A DNA stretch of 64,000 bases from a virus. This document shows positions 57,892 through 64,000 of the stretch, piece after piece (the stretch's first letter is position 1; every line of letters starts with the position of its first letter). The notes below the pieces were generated by a model. That model ran no database searches and was not told the origin of the DNA. It was given only the letters and a program-made list of their open reading frames with translations. The position numbers and the translations under genes were made by a program. Location: the IMG/VR virus record IMGVR_UViG_3300037089_000506; one strand, written 5' to 3'.

Positions 57892-58644
57892 ATGGGGAAT
57901 ATGTTACATCAGTTATTGGCCGTGGAGCAAGATTTAGTACAGCAGTCAAGGAACATTTTGGATGTGGAGTGCAAAAACACCTTCACTAAAAAGCAGGATT
58001 TGTTCGATGGTGTACTGAAGAATTACATTTCTTTCGATGCTGCTGGGGAACAAATTCCTCCAGAGAGTAAAGAAATTGTAACCACAGTAGCAGAGAAGAT
58101 AGAGTATGCTCAGGGTGCGGTTATCAAGGCCATTGATGCCAGTATCAGCAAGGAAGAGACGAATGCTTCTGGTACTGCTAAAGCCCCTCTCATGCTTGAT
58201 GATGGTACTGACTTTGGTACCCTTTCTGCTACTTCTCTGATTGCGTTAGAGAAGTATCTTGTCAGGATTAGAGAAGTCTACAAGGACATTCCAACGGTAG
58301 ACCCTGCTCGTTCATGGACTAAGGATTCTACACAGGCTAGAGCTATCTATGTGGCTCCTGTAGATACTAAGTTCCGTTCTATCAAAAAGCTTGAGGTTAT
58401 CACCAAAGTAGCTGCAACGGATAAGTTCCCTGCACAGACTGAGATGGTACAGAACGAGGTCCAGGTAGGTAAGTACGAAACTACCTATACGTCAGGTAGG
58501 CTACAGCCTATAGAGAAGTCAAACCTTTTGTCAAAGATTGACACTCTGATTCAAGCTGTAAAACAGGCTCGTCAAGCTGCTAATCAGGCACAGGTAATAA
58601 ACGTCAAGTTAGGTGATAAAATATTCGCCTATATCAACAGTTAA
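57892..58644 (+). CDS. Conserved coiled-coil/beta-hairpin protein (LHQLLAVE family) followed by a structured RNA
   Basis: AGGAG RBS before ATG 57892; LHQLLAVE, PPESKEIVTTV, LIALEKYL, IPTVDPA, VGKYETTYTSG; higher GC than its flanks. Confidence 0.8.
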   Translation: MGNMLHQLLAVEQDLVQQSRNILDVECKNTFTKKQDLFDGVLKNYISFDAAGEQIPPESKEIVTTVAEKIEYAQGAVIKAIDASISKEETNASGTAKAPLMLDDGTDFGTLSATSLIALEKYLVRIREVYKDIPTVDPARSWTKDSTQARAIYVAPVDTKFRSIKKLEVITKVAATDKFPAQTEMVQNEVQVGKYETTYTSGRLQPIEKSNLLSKIDTLIQAVKQARQAANQAQVINVKLGDKIFAYINS

Positions 58645-58866
58645 ATAAATTGGAGTTACTTCCACCATGGCAGTATTTGTGCTAATCCATGAGGATATTT
58701 CGCAATAGCATAAGTATTGCTCTGGGGGGTAACTCCTTAAGAGCTAGTAGTAGTATCAGTAAATGGGCATACCCGTTAGGGCCGCCCAAGTAGAGTCTAC
58801 GTAATTCCATCAGTTTATTGCTTGGCAGTTTTCTTAAAGTCTATATCGTGACAGAGGCATTGGCGA

Positions 58867-58991
58867 CAATGATATAATTTAACGTAGGCATTGGTTCGAA
58901 TCCAATCTTTCCCACTGTAAGCTTTATTAAAGAGCTTATTGTGGGAGAGGAGAGTCGGTGGCAGACTCGGCGTTTTTAGTAAAAATCATTG
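58867..58991 (+). ncRNA. Circularly permuted tRNA fold (YrlA/Y-RNA-like)
   Basis: AACGT, AGGC, T arm ATTGG-TTCGAAT-CCAAT, acceptor-like CTTTCCC/GGGAGAG closed by a hairpin, D arm GAGTC-GGTGGCA-GACTC, then GCGTT pairing back to AACGT; outer CAATGAT/ATCATTG. Confidence 0.7.
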
Positions 58992-59051
58992 GGTGACTTC
59001 GGCCCGAAAGGATACTAGCAGCACTTACAATAGTCTTGAAAACTATTAATC

Positions 59052-59088
59052 GGGCCGGGGGAAGGTAAGACCCCCGGTCCTTCTTTTT
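59052..59088 (+). terminator. Rho-independent terminator
   Basis: GGGCCGGGGG / CCCCCGGTCC stem followed by TTCTTTTT. Confidence 0.85.
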
Positions 59089-59114
59089 ATTAGACTAATT
59101 ATATGAGGTGTAAT

Positions 59115-59636
59115 ATGGACTATTTTACATTAAATAACGTGAAAGTATTTATGACATCAGCTCCGAATAATCTAGATATGGCAGAAATGCTAGGAATGGA
59201 AATGGAAGAAAATGAGATTAAATTAGCAATAGTATTATTAGGGGAAGAAGAATTAAAAAGATTATATGGAGATACTGTTTCTTTATTCAAAGTTTATTCT
59301 TCCTATGGAACCAAAGTATTATCCTATCCCATACCAGACTTTGAGGTTCCTGCTGATATAAGTAAATTTAATCAAGCTGTAGAAACAGTATGTGGTTATA
59401 TAAAAAATAATAATGTGCTAGTACATTGCTGGGGTGGGCATGGTAGAACAGGAATTATGACAGTAGGAATTTGTGTGAGAACGGGGATGTCAGTAGAGAA
59501 TGCGTATGAAATGATATCTAAAAAAAGAAAAATATTAGAAACAAATGAACAATTTGAATTTTTATATGACTATGAAGAGTTTTGTATTAAATTAAGGAGT
59601 GAATATGATATTAGAGGAACAGCTACAAGTACTTAA
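59115..59636 (+). CDS. Dual-specificity/PTP-family phosphatase (CX5R)
   Basis: YPIPDFEVP, VLVHCWGGHGRTG, ETNEQ; ACTAATTA at 59094-59101. Confidence 0.9.
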   Translation: MDYFTLNNVKVFMTSAPNNLDMAEMLGMEMEENEIKLAIVLLGEEELKRLYGDTVSLFKVYSSYGTKVLSYPIPDFEVPADISKFNQAVETVCGYIKNNNVLVHCWGGHGRTGIMTVGICVRTGMSVENAYEMISKKRKILETNEQFEFLYDYEEFCIKLRSEYDIRGTATST

Positions 59637-60246
59637 TAATTATATTGTCCAATTTATTCAGTATATGAAGGACAATAATAGATTTATTGTCTATGACTTG
59701 GAAACCAATGGATTTGTAGCTAACCCAATGCCTTCAGTATTATCAATATCAGCAGAATTATGTAAATTAAACTCCAATAAGACTATATCGGTTATTGATA
59801 CTTATAATAGATTCTATTATTGTAAAGAGGAATATAACCCTAAAGCTACAAAAGTAAATGGACTCATTGATGATGAAATAAATAAAAGACGGATTGAAAT
59901 TTGTGGTAGTTTTGATGATTACACTGATTATTTTTTAGATGACATTGCTTCTTTTAAAACCTTTTGTGGTAATACCTCTGTATTCCTTGGATTTAATAAT
60001 ACTGGATTTGATAATATATTTCTTGAGGACTATATGATATTTCCTCACTCTCTGGATATAATGGTAGTTCAGGCTGCTCTAGAAAATGGTAAGTATAGGA
60101 AGCTGAAAGAAGTAGCCCCTGACTATGATGTTATTACTGATGAAGCAGAATTACATCAATCTTCTTATGATGTATACTTGACTAAAAGTATTTTTAGTAG
60201 TATGCTTAGTATGTCAACAGTGAGGATGATTGAACTAAAGGAGTAG
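59599..60246 (+). CDS. DEDDh 3'-5' exonuclease (DnaQ-like)
   Basis: VYDLETNG, GFNNTGFD, HQSSYDV. Confidence 0.88.
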   Translation: MNMILEEQLQVLNNYIVQFIQYMKDNNRFIVYDLETNGFVANPMPSVLSISAELCKLNSNKTISVIDTYNRFYYCKEEYNPKATKVNGLIDDEINKRRIEICGSFDDYTDYFLDDIASFKTFCGNTSVFLGFNNTGFDNIFLEDYMIFPHSLDIMVVQAALENGKYRKLKEVAPDYDVITDEAELHQSSYDVYLTKSIFSSMLSMSTVRMIELKE

Positions 60247-60248
60247 AA

Positions 60249-60437
60249 ATGGAAAAGCCTAAAGTAGTATTGACTGGTGCTGATGGCAATGTATTCAATC
60301 TACTGAGCATCTGTACTAAAGCCCTGAAAGAGGCAGGGCAGAGGGATAAGGCTAAGGAGCTGGGGGAGAAGTTGTGGGAGGCGAGTTCGTATGAACACGC
60401 TCTATGTTTAATGGCAGAATTTTGTGAGGTAGAATAA
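60249..60437 (+). CDS. Small hypothetical protein
   Basis: AAGGAG RBS; LTGADGNVFNLL. Confidence 0.7.
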   Translation: MEKPKVVLTGADGNVFNLLSICTKALKEAGQRDKAKELGEKLWEASSYEHALCLMAEFCEVE

Positions 60438-60710
60438 ATGGATGCGAATGATCTGATGGAAAAGTTCACTGTTAAGTATCAAGTTATTGTTTTAATTATA
60501 CTGGGCATTCTAGGTTCTATTGCTCTAGGCACGTTTGCTCTTTCAATGGAAGGGCTGTTTCAGATTGTATTTGCAATAGGAGCAGGATTAGTATGCTGGT
60601 ATATATCAAGGTCAGAGTTTGAGATTTATTCTCGTCCTGTTCTGACTTCATATTATTCATTGGGTGTACTACTAATGATGCTATCTTTTGCAGCAGTATT
60701 TCTTCAATGA
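60438..60710 (+). CDS. Small membrane protein (three TM)
   Basis: Three hydrophobic helices; GAGGT RBS. Confidence 0.7.
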   Translation: MDANDLMEKFTVKYQVIVLIILGILGSIALGTFALSMEGLFQIVFAIGAGLVCWYISRSEFEIYSRPVLTSYYSLGVLLMMLSFAAVFLQ

Positions 60711-60720
60711 AATTATTCAA

Positions 60721-60796
60721 GCGAGTGTATCTCCTCACTCTGATAAGGTGTTGAAAGGGTAGTAGGTGCAGGGAGGTTCGAGTCCTCCAACTCGCA
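60721..60796 (+). tRNA. tRNA-Ile(GAT)-like RNA lacking a canonical D arm
   Basis: GCGAGT/ACTCGC acceptor, CACT-CTGATAA-GGTG anticodon arm, GGAGG-TTCGAGT-CCTCC T arm; D arm absent, 21-nt segment after the anticodon arm. Confidence 0.6.
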
Positions 60797-60816
60797 CATT
60801 GGGAATTAGATAATAT

Positions 60817-60888
60817 GCGGTATTAGCTCAGGGGTAGAGTCCTAGTTTTCCAAACTCGGGGTCGTCGGTTCGAATCCGATATGCCGCT
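60817..60888 (+). tRNA. tRNA-Gly(TCC)
   Basis: GCGGTAT/ATGCCGC, loop TTTCCAA, GTCGG-TTCGAAT-CCGAT. Confidence 0.9.
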
Positions 60889-60899
60889 TTATAAAGGAG

Positions 60900-61250
60900 A
60901 TGAATATGAATATGTTTGAATTTTTTGAAATGAAGGTTAACTATGAGGAGCGCAAAGTAGATAACACTATTATTCCAAGTGTTGATGCTGTTATTGATAC
61001 ATGCGCCGTTAATGATTCTACTCAGCCTTATGAAACTGCTATTAAATGCAGTCATTACAATAATGGGGAATGGGTAGTAGTGGAGCAGTATGATAGTAAA
61101 GAAGAGGCTCAAAAGGGGCATGAGAGATGGGTACAAGTATTCAAGTCGTCACTCCCTACAAAGCTTATAGATGTTTCTGAGTGTCACATAGCTTCAGAGC
61201 TTACTGCTTTAGAGGGGAAAAGAGAGTATCTTTTAAATACATCAAATTAA
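60900..61250 (+). CDS. Hypothetical protein
   Basis: AAGGAG RBS; YETAI...VVVEQYDSKEEAQKGHERWV. Confidence 0.75.
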   Translation: MNMNMFEFFEMKVNYEERKVDNTIIPSVDAVIDTCAVNDSTQPYETAIKCSHYNNGEWVVVEQYDSKEEAQKGHERWVQVFKSSLPTKLIDVSECHIASELTALEGKREYLLNTSN

Positions 61251-61257
61251 TTTTAAT

Positions 61258-61330
61258 CTACGGTTAGCTCAGTTGGTAGAGCCCTTGGCCGAAGACCAAG
61301 TTGTCCTCCGTTCGACTCGGAGACCGTGGA
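61258..61330 (+). tRNA. tRNA-Phe(GAA)
   Basis: CTACGGT/ACCGTGG, CTTGG-CCGAAGA-CCAAG, CTCCG-TTCGACT-CGGAG. Confidence 0.88.
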
Positions 61331-61332
61331 CT

Positions 61333-61405
61333 GTGACTGAGGCAGATTTGGTGTTGCGCCACCCTGTGAAGGTAGAGATAGAGGGTTCGACTCCCTCCAG
61401 CCACC
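61333..61405 (+). tRNA. tRNA-His(GTG)
   Basis: GTGACTG/CAGCCAC, loop CTGTGAA, GAGGG-TTCGACT-CCCTC, discriminator C. Confidence 0.85.
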
Positions 61406-61418
61406 CTATAAAAAATAA

Positions 61419-61500
61419 GGGTCCGTGGTGGAACTGGCATACACGTTGGTCTTAGGAACCAATGCCGAAAGGATTGAGGGTTCAACTCCCTTTGGACCCA
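61419..61500 (+). tRNA. tRNA-Leu(TAG)
   Basis: GGGTCCG/TGGACCC, TTGGT-CTTAGGA-ACCAA, long variable arm. Confidence 0.92.
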
Positions 61501-61504
61501 TCGT

Positions 61505-61578
61505 GCCTTTGTAGCTCATATGGACAGAGCACTTCTCCACGAAAGAGGATGTAACAGGTTCGAACCCTGCCAAAGGTA
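61505..61578 (+). tRNA. tRNA-Arg(ACG)
   Basis: GCCTTTG/CAAAGGT, CTTCT-CCACGAA-AGAGG, T loop TTCGAAC. Confidence 0.88.
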
Positions 61579-61580
61579 AT

Positions 61581-61682
61581 GGTTCTGTAGCTCAAATGGA
61601 CAGAGCAACTGCCCTCTTTTTTACTTTAGCAGTAGAGTAATAAAGAAGCAGTAGGTAGCCCGTTCGAACCGGGCCAGGATCA
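61581..61682 (+). tRNA. tRNA-Arg(TCT) with 28-nt insert after position 36
   Basis: GGTTCTG/CAGGATC, ACTGC-CC-TCT-[61618-61645]-AA-GCAGT, GCCCG-TTCGAAC-CGGGC. Confidence 0.85.
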
Positions 61683-61684
61683 AA

Positions 61685-61784
61685 GGGACTAAGGCCGATT
61701 GGTTTAGGCACCGGCCTTTTTGAATACTTTTTAATAGAGTATTGAAAAAGCCGGTTGTGGTAGGTTCGATTCCTATTAGTCCCA
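61685..61784 (+). tRNA. tRNA-Lys(TTT) with 27-nt insert after position 36
   Basis: GGGACTA/TAGTCCC, CCGGC-CT-TTT-[61721-61747]-AA-GCCGG, GTAGG-TTCGATT-CCTAT. Identity assumes the same insertion site as the other two. Confidence 0.8.
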
Positions 61785-61806
61785 TAACTAATTATATGAG
61801 GATAGT

Positions 61807-62184
61807 ATGGCAGCAAAAAAAAAGAAAGTAATTGAAGTATGGGAAATTATTGTTATTAGTGTAGGCTTAGCTATAGGCTTATATGTGTTTGCTATAAAGC
61901 CCTATGTTGTTCCTTGGGTACAAGAAAAATTAAATATAGGCTTAGTGGCAGCAGTTCCTGCTAAAACAGAAATGATGTTACAATCATTAAAGTCAAGAGA
62001 ATCAGCACCAGTATCAGCAGAGCGACAAGCCATTGAGGCTCTTAGGCTGAAGCACCTGAAGGTAAAGAATTTATTAGATGATGCTAATCAGATTTTTGGT
62101 ATTGTTGCTTCATTGGTAGGTATTATTATAGGATTAAAAACCTTACTAAGAAATGTAAAGGCTAAGAAGGTAGCAGTAAAGTAA
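61807..62184 (+). CDS. Membrane protein (two TM)
   Basis: ACTAATTA 61787-61794, GAGGA RBS, two hydrophobic helices. Confidence 0.7.
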   Translation: MAAKKKKVIEVWEIIVISVGLAIGLYVFAIKPYVVPWVQEKLNIGLVAAVPAKTEMMLQSLKSRESAPVSAERQAIEALRLKHLKVKNLLDDANQIFGIVASLVGIIIGLKTLLRNVKAKKVAVK

Positions 62185-62189
62185 CACAA

Positions 62190-62260
62190 GGGGCTATAGC
62201 TCAGTTGTAGAGCGGTAGATCTGCATTCTACAGGTCGAGATGTCAAAGTCTCTAGCTCCA
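62190..62260 (+). tRNA. tRNA-Ala(TGC) with atypical T loop
   Basis: GGGGCTA/TAGCTCC (G3:U70), GTAGA-TCTGCAT-TCTAC, GAGAT-GTCAAA-GTCTC. Confidence 0.75.
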
Positions 62261-62707
62261 TTATTTTTTAGGGTAAGTTATGTCAAGCCAATTTTGAAAA
62301 TATATTTTTTGTTCTGGTGTCAATTCATCTAGTGGAGGCAATGCATTCGCCTTTATTTCTTCCATGAATTGAGTATTCTCTTTAAGCTGGACTAATGTTT
62401 CTCCATAATATTTCTTAGCATCTTCTCTAACATTCAAATTTGTTTTCTTGAAATCCCCTGCATGTCCTATTTCAATATGGTGATTCTCCTCAGGCTTACC
62501 CGATTCTGTTTCACATAAAGTGATAAGATTGTTTTCATCGAGTTCAAGTTCTGGTCTGCCAAAATTTATAATAAGTTCGAAAGACGCAACGTGATGAACA
62601 TTAACTGCTTCAGTCTTACCACAAGCTTCACAGGCTGGATGCTTAGAGAGATAATCATGCATTACTTTATGCCATTCTGGGGAGCGTTTTTGATTGTGTA
62701 GTTCCAT
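62261..62707 (-). CDS. HNH endonuclease
   Basis: CEAC, NVHHV, NLITLCE, NHHIEIGH; ACTAATTA 3 nt upstream. Confidence 0.85.
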   Translation of the reverse strand: MELHNQKRSPEWHKVMHDYLSKHPACEACGKTEAVNVHHVASFELIINFGRPELELDENNLITLCETESGKPEENHHIEIGHAGDFKKTNLNVREDAKKYYGETLVQLKENTQFMEEIKANALPPLDELTPEQKIYFQNWLDITYPKK

Positions 62708-62732
62708 AAATAATTAGTTTCACTAACTACAT

Positions 62733-63653
62733 ATGGTTAGGCTTATAGAAGAGGAAGAATACACATTATTACTTGAAGGCTCAAGAATGAGTTGTATGGA
62801 GTTTGTAGAAAACTCACATCTGTATGAAAAAGTTTTTGATATAGATGATAAAGATATAGAAATATTATCTTTACCTTTTATTCGGTTTACAAAACTCTTA
62901 GATTCTATTGCTATAAGCAATAATAAAAGTAAACTATTAGATATCATGCAAGTGCCTTATAGGTATCAGCATATAACTAAGTCAGAAGAATTACTCTCTC
63001 CTATTTGTACTAAGACTCATAGAAAGCATCCTATTTCAATATATTTTATACCATATTGTAATTGGTTTTATGATGGTGCTTTGGATTATATTAGTGTTGG
63101 CTATCCTATGGTGATGTATGACTTAATGAAGAAATGGTATTATTCTAATGAAATTTTTACTGATTTTAATGATGTATATACTTCAATAGTACCTAATAGA
63201 CATATTGGTTCTATGAATAGAATTGACCAAGATATAATTTATGCTAAAGATAAAAAACTTTTTACTTTAGAGGAATATCAAACGGGAGTATATCATGAAA
63301 TATCTCATTGGATATATGAAACATTATATACTACTAATAGTAATTATATAAAAAATAGGCATGATTCTTCGTATCAAAGGGCTGCTAAGTATTACAAAGT
63401 TCCTAATATAATATTTTCTACTGTGGAACTTAATGCATATATCCATGGATTACTTCAAAGAAAGAAAATGATGGGGGAGGATGAGTGGAATAATCTAACA
63501 ATAGATGATTTATTTGAAATAGACCCTGGATTAGATGTAGTAATGTCCTATGCTCAAAAGGATGCTATACATAAGCAAGCATTTAATAATTTTAAGCAAC
63601 AAATAGTATCAAGATTAAATAGAGAACATATGCTTGGCACTAATATGAAATAA
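62733..63653 (+). CDS. HExxH metalloprotease-like protein, possible virion-packaged effector
   Basis: YHEISHW plus downstream ELNAY; ACTAACTA 3 nt upstream. Confidence 0.6.
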   Translation: MVRLIEEEEYTLLLEGSRMSCMEFVENSHLYEKVFDIDDKDIEILSLPFIRFTKLLDSIAISNNKSKLLDIMQVPYRYQHITKSEELLSPICTKTHRKHPISIYFIPYCNWFYDGALDYISVGYPMVMYDLMKKWYYSNEIFTDFNDVYTSIVPNRHIGSMNRIDQDIIYAKDKKLFTLEEYQTGVYHEISHWIYETLYTTNSNYIKNRHDSSYQRAAKYYKVPNIIFSTVELNAYIHGLLQRKKMMGEDEWNNLTIDDLFEIDPGLDVVMSYAQKDAIHKQAFNNFKQQIVSRLNREHMLGTNMK

Positions 63654-63663
63654 GGAGATTTAT

Positions 63664-63921
63664 ATGGATATAGATGTAAACAAAATAGCAGCTAAATTGG
63701 ATTTACTTAGACTCAGACTAAACCAACAGAGGGACTTGACAGAGGAATTGACTAAGCTGTATATTGAAATCAATGTAATGTTAGGCACTCCCATTGATGT
63801 GCCTGTAGACCAGAGAACAAAAGCAAAAGCAGCATGGGGGGCTGATCCTAATTATGTAAAGCCACCTGTAACCCCAGAGAGTCAAATTATGAAAGATCAT
63901 ATGCTTCAGAGAGATTGGTAA
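63664..63921 (+). CDS. Hypothetical protein
   Basis: AAGGAG RBS, 85 aa. Confidence 0.7.
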   Translation: MDIDVNKIAAKLDLLRLRLNQQRDLTEELTKLYIEINVMLGTPIDVPVDQRTKAKAAWGADPNYVKPPVTPESQIMKDHMLQRDW

Positions 63922-63926
63922 TATAT

Positions 63927-64000
63927 CGGGATGTAGCTCAGATAGTAGAGCGGGTGGTTTGGGGCCATCAGTTGACTAGAGAATTCTGATTTGGGAATAC
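63927..64000 (+). tRNA. tRNA-Pro(TGG), truncated by the window end
   Basis: CGGGATG-TA-GCTC...GAGC, GGTGG-TTTGGGG-CCATC; T arm not reached within the window. Confidence 0.6.

Noticed and set aside
53024-61816. Track ORFs 53024-53248, 53712-53897, 56359-56541, 60828-61136, 61264-61485, 61273-61455 and 61592-61816
   Set aside because: They overlap tRNA or ncRNA genes, which explain the sequence better.
1-64000. Stop-codon reassignment (TAG or TGA recoding)
   Set aside because: Conserved genes (MCP, RecA, DnaB, SNF2) are intact in code 11, TAG and TGA end well-bounded genes, and no CTA- or TCA-anticodon tRNA is seen.
1-64000. CRISPR array or insertion sequence
   Set aside because: No evenly spaced repeat-spacer pattern and no transposase motifs seen.

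Overview
A 64-kb slice of a large, AT-rich, T4-like (myovirus/jumbo) bacteriophage genome using genetic code 11. In order it contains: (1) a head module with a gp21-like prohead protease-scaffold fusion and a gp23-like major capsid protein, followed by two homing-endonuclease-like genes; (2) tail/baseplate genes (gp26-, gp51-, tape-measure-, hub- and spike-like); (3) replication/recombination genes (DnaX-like clamp loader, RecA, UvsY-like, DnaB, DnaC-like, SNF2 helicase, and a stand-alone C-terminal half of a family A DNA polymerase); (4) a radical-SAM / Cys-rich protein / glycosyltransferase cassette inside the tail-fibre region; (5) lysis-type genes; (6) many small accessory ORFs; (7) a ~11-kb RNA-rich region (53-64 kb) with a GOLLD-like RNA, about 16 tRNA or tRNA-like genes and several unexplained structured RNAs. 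The most striking signal is three tRNAs (Leu-TAA, Arg-TCT, Lys-TTT) with unrelated 27-29 nt inserts at the same position (36/37). In each, the insert folds with the anticodon into a hairpin of the same register, so one RNase III-type staggered cut (2-nt 3' overhang) would excise it precisely. Other highlights are a 23S rRNA GTPase-centre (H43/H44) mimic, a circularly permuted tRNA fold (YrlA-like) behind a coiled-coil protein gene, and a recurring ACTAA(T/C)T(A/G) late-promoter-like motif. All family names come from motif recognition by eye; no database searches or folding programs were run.
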